From: a virus
Taxonomy: Duplodnaviria; Caudoviricetes
Virus record (IMG/VR): IMGVR_UViG_3300022719_000071
Location: 288,001 to 352,000 of that record
DNA length: 64,000 nt
Reading direction: 5' to 3' (one strand)
The position numbers and the translations under genes were made by a program. How positions within the stretch are numbered: the stretch's first letter is position 1; each line of letters starts with the position of its first letter. Under the pieces are notes generated by a model. The model was given only the letters and a program-made list of their open reading frames with translations, did not search any database and was not told where the DNA came from. Positions 10,301-18,299 of the stretch are shown here, in pieces.

Positions 10301-10583
10301 GCTCAAGTACAACACGGATAACGTTGACTACAAGCTCTTCAGGGAAATGCTGGTGAAGTATCAGAGCCAAATTCGTTGCTGTTCTGTAATGCCTCAATCT
10401 GATACATCTGCTTATGAGTATCAACCAGAACAGCCAGTGAACAAGGCTGAGTATGAAAAGATTGCTCATGCTATTCAGATGGAACTGGAGGAGGATATTG
10501 GTAAGGAGCACGTTGATTGCGATTCTGGTTCTTGTCCAATTGATTTCAATACCGGAAGCAAGGACAACTCCAAGGCCGCATAA
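7383..10583 (+). CDS. nrdJ: class II (adenosylcobalamin-dependent) ribonucleotide reductase, intein-containing
   Basis: FTNC, GSGVG, GGARRSA, TNPCGEI, TIKPSGT motifs and C-terminal CDSGSCP pair. Confidence 0.9.
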   Translation: MANPRDYRPLHPGMGQAVAERTYLRKKDDGEWETWGEVADRVALGNSLLCKDKSEQKKEQEILRRHLANGSLLMSGRHLQHGDENQPTRNMEVFTNCLDGDTKILTLEHGPVAISEVVGETVTVRARDGEWRPALVSSHGEQQLQEIRFGASNGTTDQFNLVVHATPNHRWFLESGEVTNAISVGDFIEPIKPASVEDMDAVRHGLVYGDGTAHKSRVHSARLEAQGIQNCSIRLCGNSSEWVSLFEDDYTITHPPHANGDAVVYVGRKLWKDLPHTTDPAYIAGFIKGWWMADGSKTYNRSNGIEIATTNIDAVSWLKDYAAYAGYVITEISEKFRKEGDGSFNNGLGKTLYCVRLNNAEIRRKVLSIVPTVVKEVFCVEEPVTTGFTLANGLVTGNCSTSASSFVLFYLLLNGSGVGRCYDDDMMLVNWDYAPNVRCVIDHEHKDFDWSAHESLRDAKHKYGTGKDVMWFEVPDSREGWAKALEIWENAAFQKVHANKLLILDFTKVRSKGSPIGGMQDRPSSGPVPLMNAFHKAATLKGAGLERWRQSLYIDHYFAECVLVGGARRSARMSTKSWRDTSVLDFITVKRPIEYDGLNMDEIVELRADNPFPPTGFLWSSNNSVTADEEFWKLVNLKRNEKGFHDELAQHARRVMRKLSESSYADGTGEPGIINVDKLVQKEDGWNTLTTGDYVGSEKYQLEEETELYMSRLARKAKRKKHHIITNPCGEIALTILGGYCTIADVVPFHADTLDEAEEAFRAATRALIRVNTMDCLYKKEVERTNRIGVGMTGVMEFAWKFFKLGFRDLIDEEKSKDFWLTLARFNRAVYEEAVAYSEKIGVSVPHTMTTIKPSGTISKLFGLCEGWHLPSMKWYVRWVQFRDDDPLIAKYRAAKYPVRELKQYRGHVIVGFPTQPVVSTIIPEDKLVTAGEATPEEQYKWLMLGEKYWIHGTDEEGNPVTDRNIGNQISYTLKYNTDNVDYKLFREMLVKYQSQIRCCSVMPQSDTSAYEYQPEQPVNKAEYEKIAHAIQMELEEDIGKEHVDCDSGSCPIDFNTGSKDNSKAA
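7671..8576 (+). mobile_element. intein with LAGLIDADG homing endonuclease (302 aa)
   Basis: Starts CLDGDTKILT, ends TLANGLVTGN before +1 Cys; internal GLVYGDG and GWWMADGS motifs. Confidence 0.92.
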
Positions 10584-10592
10584 GCTATTGCG

Positions 10593-10622
10593 GGGGCGGG
10601 TTTACAGTTGTAAACCCGCCCC
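10593..10622 (+). terminator. hairpin after nrdJ
   Basis: GGGGCGGGTTTACA-gt-TGTAAACCCGCCCC, 14-bp perfect stem. Confidence 0.75.
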
Positions 10623-10662
10623 TTCTGCGGTAAATACTTCTTGTAACGAGAGGTATGACCAT

Positions 10663-11046
10663 ATGGCTGCACCACCAAACATCTATTCCGTTGTTGTTTT
10701 TGACCTAAAGCCAAAGGTCAAGGATTACATTGACAAACTCAATGATGCGGGTCAGATTGACTTAGACGAGAATGGTTATCCATATCTCGTGAAAGTCGAA
10801 CAGCAAGGACCAAATCATGTGTGTCACATCGTACGCAATGGCAAGATGGAAAACTTCATCTTGAACACCCGACGTAAGTCCGATCCTATTACATCGTGGA
10901 ATGGTGCTGACGGATACAAGCGCACTGGTGGTAAGAAAGTTGTGGTTGTTTCGACCAACTCCGAAGAAAAGCCCCGTGGTGAGAGAGCGAAGAGGCGTTC
11001 CTTCGAGTCTTTTCGTCGTTTGACCAATCAGCTTCTACAAGGATAA
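10663..11046 (+). CDS. hypothetical protein
   Basis: Start MAAPPN after TAAATA (10631) and GAGG; the track's 10453 extension overlaps nrdJ. Confidence 0.7.
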   Translation: MAAPPNIYSVVVFDLKPKVKDYIDKLNDAGQIDLDENGYPYLVKVEQQGPNHVCHIVRNGKMENFILNTRRKSDPITSWNGADGYKRTGGKKVVVVSTNSEEKPRGERAKRRSFESFRRLTNQLLQG

Positions 11047-11050
11047 CACC

Positions 11051-11374
11051 ATGCACCCCTCCCTGGCTAATCAAGATGAACCACGCATTTTCTTCCAGGT
11101 GATGGTTCAATACGAGAATTGCGAAGCAACCTCAGCGATTCCAGAAGAATCAAGACAGTTAGTATCGGAGGCCATCAGGGATTTGCCTAGAGCCAGTAAG
11201 GTGGCGCAACACACAATTCAGGCTATACAAATGAAGTTCCCCGGTTCAGAGCTAGTAGAGATATCACTTGACCAAGCAAAAGATGGGTATCATCTTGCTA
11301 TTATAGACAATGAAAACTGTTTGGCACGAGTTGGCATCGTAGCTGTAGATTACAGCGAGGAGACTTTACACTAA
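11051..11374 (+). CDS. hypothetical protein
   Basis: ORF in tight operon. Confidence 0.7.
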   Translation: MHPSLANQDEPRIFFQVMVQYENCEATSAIPEESRQLVSEAIRDLPRASKVAQHTIQAIQMKFPGSELVEISLDQAKDGYHLAIIDNENCLARVGIVAVDYSEETLH

Positions 11375-11889
11375 TGGCTAAGCGTCGTAAGAAGGTATCA
11401 GAGGAGACATATAATGTCACCAAGCATCGTTCTAATGTAGGTGATATGGATACCGATTCTGAAACTGTTGATGCTGCCAATAGCGCCGAGGCTGCTGAGA
11501 AATCGATTGCGGATGATCCACGTGCTGGCCGTTACCAGAAGGTAGAGATAGAAAAGTCCAAGGGAGGAACGAGTCGAGTTAGAACTGAACCCAGAACGAC
11601 ATCTGCGATTCAGTCCAAAACCGAACCTATGAATACTAGCCTGGAAAGTATTAGCTACCCGTATAACATTGGTCTTCCGAAAGAATTCGAGCCATTGATT
11701 GAAGCTTTAACCAAAAAGACAAAGAAATCTCTTGATATTCGGGAGCGATATTCAAGACTACATATAACAGTGCCAAATGCCTTAGCAATGAAGGAATTGG
11801 TGGAAGAACTAGGCAAGAAGTCTCGTGGCCGCACCAAGGTGAAGTCTATTGCTGGTGTGATATACGAAGGCATAACTAAATCAATTTGA
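11374..11889 (+). CDS. hypothetical protein
   Basis: TAATG overlap with upstream stop. Confidence 0.75.
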   Translation: MAKRRKKVSEETYNVTKHRSNVGDMDTDSETVDAANSAEAAEKSIADDPRAGRYQKVEIEKSKGGTSRVRTEPRTTSAIQSKTEPMNTSLESISYPYNIGLPKEFEPLIEALTKKTKKSLDIRERYSRLHITVPNALAMKELVEELGKKSRGRTKVKSIAGVIYEGITKSI

Positions 11890-11890
11890 T

Positions 11891-12610
11891 ATGACAAACC
11901 TAACATTATCTGGATGGAAAAGGTCTGTAGCTGCGGGAGTCGTAGAGACTATCCCGTTGCAAGATTTCGAGTCTGCATTTCTTCTTGCCGAAGATTTCCT
12001 CAGCACGCAGGGAGGATGGAATCCGGATGATGCTGGGGATCCCACCGGACCCGGTGTACCGGTATCGGGGATCACTACCGAAGAAGCCATAATTCTCATT
12101 TTCCAACAACAGACCAATCGCATCTACAAGGTGGTTATTAATGGTACAATGGAGTTCAGTGTCATTCTTAACGAAAACCTTTCAATTGGTCTTTCTGACA
12201 ATGATGTAATAAGCAGCGTTACCACTGTCCTGGAGGATTTTGTAGAAGCTCAGCTAGAGAACACCAATATCGAATTGGTCAGCATCCCGAGCTTCACTGG
12301 AACAGTCACGAGCGGTCCCACAACCGCTTCTGAGCGTGTTTCTCTGCAATCCAGCATCACCGGGGGAGGTAAGTTAATCGATCCCAAGGCAATCGCCCTG
12401 GTGGCTGCACGTGCTAGGTTCAATCTTGACAATACGCACAACGTGCAATATCTATACACTGAGAGTGGAAAGGATATTTTCGTATTGGTAACTAAATATC
12501 TAACAACTCAATACACGACGATTGACACGTCTGCTGACAGTCGTTATGGAATCAAACTTGATACCGATAGTTTCCGAGTTACTACCGGTGTCACTCTCCC
12601 TAACTCGTGA
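11891..12610 (+). CDS. hypothetical protein (possibly structural)
   Basis: 239-aa ORF in operon. Confidence 0.7.
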   Translation: MTNLTLSGWKRSVAAGVVETIPLQDFESAFLLAEDFLSTQGGWNPDDAGDPTGPGVPVSGITTEEAIILIFQQQTNRIYKVVINGTMEFSVILNENLSIGLSDNDVISSVTTVLEDFVEAQLENTNIELVSIPSFTGTVTSGPTTASERVSLQSSITGGGKLIDPKAIALVAARARFNLDNTHNVQYLYTESGKDIFVLVTKYLTTQYTTIDTSADSRYGIKLDTDSFRVTTGVTLPNS

Positions 12611-12626
12611 TCTGTAGGAGTTCATA

Positions 12627-12914
12627 ATGGATTACAAGAAAATCGTTGAAGGTAAGCAGATACTGTTTCTCATTCCAGTGACCGATATCGATAACGGAAG
12701 TGTATATTTGGACGTGACCCGACTTGCTAAGAATGCAATCAACAAGGATCGTCGCAATTTCTATGACTCAGAGAATGGGCCAAACTTCTTCATTGAAATT
12801 CAACGTGCTAGTGAATACGCCGAATACATTCGGGAGTGTGGCGTCACAAGCTACAACTATCACAAGTTCAACACACGACGTGGGTACTCCCTATTCATTC
12901 AATCCGATGTATAA
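12627..12914 (+). CDS. hypothetical protein
   Basis: AGGAG SD. Confidence 0.7.
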   Translation: MDYKKIVEGKQILFLIPVTDIDNGSVYLDVTRLAKNAINKDRRNFYDSENGPNFFIEIQRASEYAEYIRECGVTSYNYHKFNTRRGYSLFIQSDV

Positions 12915-13347
12915 CATCATCTACTCTAGTGAAGCTGATCGAAATAGATTGCAGGTATTGCAAGAACTACTTCCTTTAGCTCAAACCGAATACGAACAGA
13001 GTAAGATTCTTCAAGAAATAGAAGAGATCAAAGGCCGTCAGAAGCCATTACACGAATGCACATTAGAGGAATGCACTGAGCTTAGGACTACCATATATAG
13101 TAAGTTCGAGAAGTTAACCCGTATTGGTAAGACTGGACATGCGATAGGTTTCAAGCGAATGATGGGCGAGATCGAACGAAGGATGGCTACGATCCAAATG
13201 GAGATGACGAAGGAAGAGTTAGAGAGGAAGAAGACCAAGGTCGAAACCAAACCTGAACAGCAGGGCAAAGATGAAACCAGCAAACGTAAATCTCCAGCAC
13301 GGACAGGTTCAAGTCGTTGGACCACTGGTGTAGGAAAACTAGACTGA
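12907..13347 (+). CDS. hypothetical coiled-coil protein
   Basis: Start MYNIIY overlapping upstream stop; helical E/K-rich sequence. Confidence 0.65.
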   Translation: MYNIIYSSEADRNRLQVLQELLPLAQTEYEQSKILQEIEEIKGRQKPLHECTLEECTELRTTIYSKFEKLTRIGKTGHAIGFKRMMGEIERRMATIQMEMTKEELERKKTKVETKPEQQGKDETSKRKSPARTGSSRWTTGVGKLD

Positions 13348-13416
13348 TGAAGATTCAGTTAACCTTGCTGCTTCCGAAGTTCACGATCAAGATTTCATCA
13401 CACTGGATACCGTTGT

Positions 13417-13689
13417 ATGAAACTAGCAAGCATAAAGCTCCAACACGGACAGGTTCAAGTTGTTGGTCCCCCTGAATTGGTAGCTTGGATTAAGTTGTTG
13501 CAAAACACCAAGAAAACACCCGAGGATAAACAGCATATATACAATGAACAGATGGCTAATTGGTACATCATCTGTTCAGTGACCGGTGAGCAAATCCTGC
13601 TGTGTGATCTGCACTACTGGAATGTGGAGACTGGTGCCGTGTACAAGTGTCCGCAAGTCATGCCATTGCATGACCGATACGAAAAGTGA
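13417..13689 (+). CDS. hypothetical protein
   Basis: 90-aa ORF; YIICSVTGEQILLCDLHYWNV resembles small phage proteins. Confidence 0.65.
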   Translation: MKLASIKLQHGQVQVVGPPELVAWIKLLQNTKKTPEDKQHIYNEQMANWYIICSVTGEQILLCDLHYWNVETGAVYKCPQVMPLHDRYEK

Positions 13690-13735
13690 TCACTACATGT
13701 TGTGGCTTGACTTCAAAGTCATACGACATATATTG
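13690..13735 (+). promoter_or_regulatory. sigma70-type promoter with candidate NrdR boxes
   Basis: TTGACT(13707)-N16-TATATT; TCACTACATGTTGTGG (13690-13705) resembles acaCwAtATaTwGtgt. Confidence 0.5.
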
Positions 13736-13761
13736 ATTGCATCCCACGATGAGGAGATGCC

Positions 13762-14946
13762 ATGAGCAAGAATACAAAGAACATTCGACATCAGAAACCA
13801 GACATTCCAAGTTTGATCGAGTCGAAGGGTGTCGAGTACAGTGCTCAAGATTGCATCGATGAACTCATTAAACTAGCTGATGACTTCCCTGAAAGAGCTA
13901 TCACCCGTGATTTCTTCCGAAGAAACTCCAACCTGCCAGAATCGGTATACACCGGATTCTTTGGTACTTTCCCCGAGTTTCTTCGTGCTGCTGGATTGCA
14001 ACATTCCCGAGCAGCAAACAAGATTCGTAATCAGATCGCACGTCATGCTGCTATCGATGAACTGAAAGAGGTCAGTTATACCCGAATAGGTCTTGATGAG
14101 CTATATGTTCGTAAGGACAAGAAGCGTTTCAAGACGATGGTTGCTTGTTCTGATTTACACGATGAAGAATGTGACCCATTTTACCTGAGAGTATTGATCG
14201 ATACGATCCGAAATGTCAAACCTGATGTTGTATGTCTGAACGGTGACATCTTCGATGTTCCAGAGTTTGGCAAATACAGCATAGATCCACGTGAGTGGGA
14301 TGTAGTTAGCCGCCTACAGACTGGTCTTGAAATCATTGCACAGATCCGTGAGGCAGCCGGTGAGGCACAGATTGACTTCATCGAGGGTAATCACGAAGCC
14401 CGTGTCATTCGCCATCTACTGGAGGCAGACCCTGGTTTGCGTGCGGTACTATCTGGCTTGCACGAGTTCGATCTACGGAAGCTCTTCAAGCTGGACCAGT
14501 ATGAAGTCAACTACGTTGCCAACTGCGATCTGTTCACGTTCACTGATGCTCAGCAACGCAAAGAAGTTTCCAAGAACTACAAGCTGTATTGGGGATGTGT
14601 GATGGCACATCACTTCCCTCACGGGAAACAGTATGGTACTCCGGGTTTTAACGGACATCACCACAAGCACCAGGTATGGTCTGAGCACAACATGAACTAT
14701 GGTGCATACGAGTGGCATCAGACTGGTGGTGGTCATATTCGTGAGGCAAGCTATTGTGATGGTTCGAAGTGGAACAATGGTTTCCTAGTGGTAGTTGCTG
14801 ATACTCAGAACAAGAGTGTTGTGTTCGATTATTCGTCAGTCGAGGACACATTTGCTATATCTGCCGGAAAGATTTACTCCCGTGAGCCAGATGAGTTCTA
14901 TCCTGCCCTATCCAAAGAGCTTGATTTGCGAAAGGCTAACTCCTGA
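13762..14946 (+). CDS. calcineurin-like metallophosphoesterase with N-terminal HNH-associated-repeat-like domain
   Basis: SDLH, NGDIFD, GNHE, HH, GHHH motifs; N-terminal YSAQDCIDELIKL...FFGTFPEFLRAAGL. Confidence 0.8.
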   Translation: MSKNTKNIRHQKPDIPSLIESKGVEYSAQDCIDELIKLADDFPERAITRDFFRRNSNLPESVYTGFFGTFPEFLRAAGLQHSRAANKIRNQIARHAAIDELKEVSYTRIGLDELYVRKDKKRFKTMVACSDLHDEECDPFYLRVLIDTIRNVKPDVVCLNGDIFDVPEFGKYSIDPREWDVVSRLQTGLEIIAQIREAAGEAQIDFIEGNHEARVIRHLLEADPGLRAVLSGLHEFDLRKLFKLDQYEVNYVANCDLFTFTDAQQRKEVSKNYKLYWGCVMAHHFPHGKQYGTPGFNGHHHKHQVWSEHNMNYGAYEWHQTGGGHIREASYCDGSKWNNGFLVVVADTQNKSVVFDYSSVEDTFAISAGKIYSREPDEFYPALSKELDLRKANS

Positions 14947-14965
14947 ACCTGTCTAAATACAGGTC

Positions 14966-17593
14966 ATGAACAAACCAAATCTGCTCTTCGAAGGGCTCAG
15001 GATCCCCAGAAAGGTGTTCGATCAGTTCCTCTCCAAAGTGGAGGATGAGAAACTATTTCGACTTGGGTTCGAGGTCGAGTTCTATGCCGATGATGATTCT
15101 CTGAGTGGTAATCAAGTTGCCGACTTAAGTGAGCTTTCCGTTCGGGAAGCCATGGAATACTTCTATGAGCACGATATCAATATAGATAAGATGTATGAGT
15201 GGGCATCCGACCATGAGGAAGAATTACTAAGAGAAGCCGGATACACCCGTGAAGAGATTGAGAAAGAAATCATTGATGACTGGTTTGATGATAATCCCGA
15301 CTGGTACCAGGAATATCTAGAAGAAGAAGGCGAGTGGGATGACGAGGAGGAAGAGCCTGCTGAGGATGCCACTGATGAAGGGACTGCCAGGGAGGAAGTA
15401 GAGCTTGATATTCGTAACGGCAGAAAGGTCTGGTCTCGATACGATAACTTCGATAGTAAAATCAATGATAGAATTAGCGAGATTTTTGATAACGTTGATA
15501 TCGCTCAGGCATGGTGGGAAGATAACCGCTGGGAACTTATGCGTGAAAATAATTGGGAGCTAAGTGACGAGTATCGCCATGATGAAGTGGACGAGGACAT
15601 CATTCGTGAATATGGTGGCGGTTTAGAAGGCATCGCTAATGATCTGAATGATGTAGTAGATGGTTATGTGTCTTCGGATGAAGGAGGATACTCTTCGAGC
15701 ACCGAGAATTGGGTAGTCAAACCAGACGGCTCGCTTTCTGAAAACGGTGTTGAGATCGCATCTCCGATATTTCCATTCTTTGCTGGCATCGAAGAAATGG
15801 AGAAGGTGTTTGATTGGATTGATCGCAACAGATATTACACTGATGAATCCACGGGACTTCACGTTAGTATGTCCTTCACCGAAGAAAAAGCATTCGATGA
15901 TATCGATTGGGTGAAAGTTGCCTTGCTATCCGGTGAAGAATATATGCTTCAGTTATTCAACCGATCTACTAATCAATATACTACGTCCCAATTAAAGAAC
16001 ATGCAGGTTGCTGCTAAGAAAGGCAAGTTGGGCGATTTGAATAGCATGCGTTCCTTCCAAGAACTCAAAGATAAGTTTGCTGATGGCATCGCAACCGGTG
16101 AAAAATACAGTTCGTTCAATCTATCAGACTATGGAAGCGGTGGTCGTGTGGAGTGGAGAATCATAGGTGGACATCAATACCATCAACTGTTCAATACTGT
16201 AAAGGACAATGTTTTGAAGATGGCATTCGCCATGTACATAGGTTCGGAACCCGAGTTGTTCAAAGAACAATACTTGCGGTCATTAGGGAGACTGCTTTCT
16301 CGTGTTACGGCGACTAAAGATGATCCTTTGAAAAGTAAAAGCGAACTTCTATATGGTAATGATGAAGAGGCTGCAATCCTATCTCGCAATCCATTGTACA
16401 AGTATGCCGTCCAGCTTTTGAAAAGTGACAAATCTATGATGACCGCATACAAAAACGTTACACTGGCTGGTGAGAGAATGCGAGATGAAGATGCTAATGC
16501 AAAACAGAGATTCGAATTCACTAAAGCCATGGGTGTCTTTGCTATGCTAGTCAGTAAAGTTGAAGCTACTGAATATACTAAGAAGCTATTCCCATACTTG
16601 CAAGAAGAAGCGTACACCGAAAACCTAACGGTCCAACGGATAAGAAAAGTAGCTAGAAGAACTGCCAATCACTACGGTTATACTGGTGCGGACTTCAAGG
16701 ATGATTTGCATGTGGATCCCGTAACTGCATTGGCAACTCATTATCCTATAGCTGATCACATATCCGGTCTTAATCTATTAACTCGTGCTGCGGTATTGTT
16801 TGCTGATATGGATGACACTCACCAGCAACGAAAGATGGAGTTCATGAAGTATGTTCCTGGACTTCGAAAGTTCACAGCACAGTCCACCACTGAACTCATT
16901 CTAGCAATTGCTCTTTCTACCAAGAAGGACCAACAAGAACCAATGGCAGGATCTATATCTGACGCTATTGTATCATCAGTTGAATCCAATAATCTGGATG
17001 AGAAGAACTTGCAATTCATCAAACAACTGATGGATGATATTGGTGTTGATGCTCAGGATGTTATGACCAATACGAACTATGACAGAAAGAAGGAAGTTAT
17101 CCGACAGGTACTAGGTTATGACATTGAGAAAGTAGCCGTCACAGCCGATAATGCATTGCAAGCGATCTCTCCTGAGTTGATTCCAGAAGTCAGTCTGGCC
17201 AAGATCATTACCGGACTTCAACATAACGATGCAGACGAACAATCGGTGGCGGCTTCATTGGCTGCTCTTTGGATTGGAAGGATCTCTGATAAATTAGAAC
17301 GTGGAATATTCATCTCAAGTAGAGCCGTAAAAGGATTAAAGATATTCATAGTGACCTATAATCTAATACAACGTTGGAACGAAGCGGGAATCTTCGATGC
17401 ACCTATTGCTAAGAAAGTAATGAAAGTCCTAGATTTCGTAGACCCAGAACTAGCCATAACAGTTTCCCTATCCAGGATTAAGGCTAGATTGGGTCCGGAG
17501 CAACCTGTTTTCCAGACCCCTCCGAGCAATCCTGTGGCCAACGTTACTGCGTGGACTCCGGAAGTGGCAGCACGTGGTACCGAAAACCCTTGA
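14966..17593 (+). CDS. large protein with glutamine-synthetase-fold amidoligase (Amidoligase_2-like) domain
   Basis: GFEVEF, KPDGSL, GVEIASP, STGLHVS, KYSSFN, RVEWR motifs; long acidic insert; TAAATA at 14954. Confidence 0.75.
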   Translation: MNKPNLLFEGLRIPRKVFDQFLSKVEDEKLFRLGFEVEFYADDDSLSGNQVADLSELSVREAMEYFYEHDINIDKMYEWASDHEEELLREAGYTREEIEKEIIDDWFDDNPDWYQEYLEEEGEWDDEEEEPAEDATDEGTAREEVELDIRNGRKVWSRYDNFDSKINDRISEIFDNVDIAQAWWEDNRWELMRENNWELSDEYRHDEVDEDIIREYGGGLEGIANDLNDVVDGYVSSDEGGYSSSTENWVVKPDGSLSENGVEIASPIFPFFAGIEEMEKVFDWIDRNRYYTDESTGLHVSMSFTEEKAFDDIDWVKVALLSGEEYMLQLFNRSTNQYTTSQLKNMQVAAKKGKLGDLNSMRSFQELKDKFADGIATGEKYSSFNLSDYGSGGRVEWRIIGGHQYHQLFNTVKDNVLKMAFAMYIGSEPELFKEQYLRSLGRLLSRVTATKDDPLKSKSELLYGNDEEAAILSRNPLYKYAVQLLKSDKSMMTAYKNVTLAGERMRDEDANAKQRFEFTKAMGVFAMLVSKVEATEYTKKLFPYLQEEAYTENLTVQRIRKVARRTANHYGYTGADFKDDLHVDPVTALATHYPIADHISGLNLLTRAAVLFADMDDTHQQRKMEFMKYVPGLRKFTAQSTTELILAIALSTKKDQQEPMAGSISDAIVSSVESNNLDEKNLQFIKQLMDDIGVDAQDVMTNTNYDRKKEVIRQVLGYDIEKVAVTADNALQAISPELIPEVSLAKIITGLQHNDADEQSVAASLAALWIGRISDKLERGIFISSRAVKGLKIFIVTYNLIQRWNEAGIFDAPIAKKVMKVLDFVDPELAITVSLSRIKARLGPEQPVFQTPPSNPVANVTAWTPEVAARGTENP

Positions 17594-17626
17594 CTAACTC
17601 TAAGTGATAGGGTACCTTATAGACCC

Positions 17627-17965
17627 ATGAGCACTGAAAACGAAAATTTAGATGATGACGGATCCCTGGTAGTGGATCGTCCACCGGCAGAAGAGCGCAA
17701 GGATCTTGCGCCCCCGCCGAAGTACGCAGTAATGCTACTAAACGACGACTTCACTCCGATGGACTTCGTAATGGCAGTCCTCGTGAAATTCTTCTCGAAG
17801 TCTCAAGAGGAGGCTGAGAAGATCACCATGGAGGTACACGAGAAGGGGGAGGGGTTGGCCGGTATCTTCCCGAAGGATATCGCAGAGACCAAGGCGTCTC
17901 AGGTGTGTCACATTGCGCAGTCCAATGGACATCCGTTTAGGGCCGACGTGAAAGGTCTCCACTAA
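17627..17965 (+). CDS. clpS: ATP-dependent Clp protease adaptor ClpS
   Basis: YAVMLLNDDFTPMDFV...FSKSQEEA...MEVHEKG...AETK...HPFR. Confidence 0.95.
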   Translation: MSTENENLDDDGSLVVDRPPAEERKDLAPPPKYAVMLLNDDFTPMDFVMAVLVKFFSKSQEEAEKITMEVHEKGEGLAGIFPKDIAETKASQVCHIAQSNGHPFRADVKGLH

Positions 17966-17970
17966 ACCTA

Positions 17971-18001
17971 TTGACTTTACGGAGAACCTGCCCTATATAA
18001 T
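17971..18001 (+). promoter_or_regulatory. sigma70-type promoter for the ro60 leader RNA
   Basis: TTGACT-N17-TATATA overlapping TATAAT (17996-18001); predicted +1 near G18008. Confidence 0.8.
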
Positions 18002-18007
18002 ACACAA

Positions 18008-18164
18008 GACCTGGGTCGAAGCTGTTTCGTTATCGTAATTGGTACATTAAAAGCGGAACAGCAGAACCTTATCCGGGGCTTAATTTTTGAAGGCTGCGAG
18101 CCGAACGACAGATCATTATCGTTCATGTATAAACGGCGAGATGGTTCGATTCCATCATAGGTCT
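18008..18164 (+). ncRNA. Y-RNA-like, tRNA-mimic non-coding RNA upstream of ro60
   Basis: GUCGAAG (18015-21) Ro-motif; helix 18021-29/18054-62; T-arm GAUGG-UUCGAUU-CCAUC (18140-56); acceptor-like 18008-13/18158-63. Confidence 0.75.
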
Positions 18165-18213
18165 GGCGACACGTTAAAATTGGTCTGGCACCAACTTGTT
18201 CGCAACCAAGAAG

Positions 18214-18255
18214 AAAAAGCCCGGAGGGGACGCCCAGCGCCCCTCCGGGCTTTTT
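18214..18255 (+). terminator. intrinsic terminator between the ncRNA and ro60
   Basis: AAAAAGCCCGGAGGGG / CCCCTCCGGGCTTTTT, 16-bp stem ending in U-tract. Confidence 0.9.
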
Positions 18256-18299
18256 CGTTTCTACAACATACCCGATTGGACATCGGGGAGGAATACATC

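Noticed and set aside
18008-18170. Canonical tRNA or tmRNA gene
   Set aside because: It has a T-arm and acceptor-like stem but no D-arm/anticodon arm geometry, no CCA, no G3-U70 alanine identity and no tag ORF; too short for tmRNA
18087-18299. 71-aa N-terminal extension of Ro60 in the ORF track
   Set aside because: It runs through the structured RNA and terminator; a strong SD precedes ATG 18300, where TROVE similarity begins
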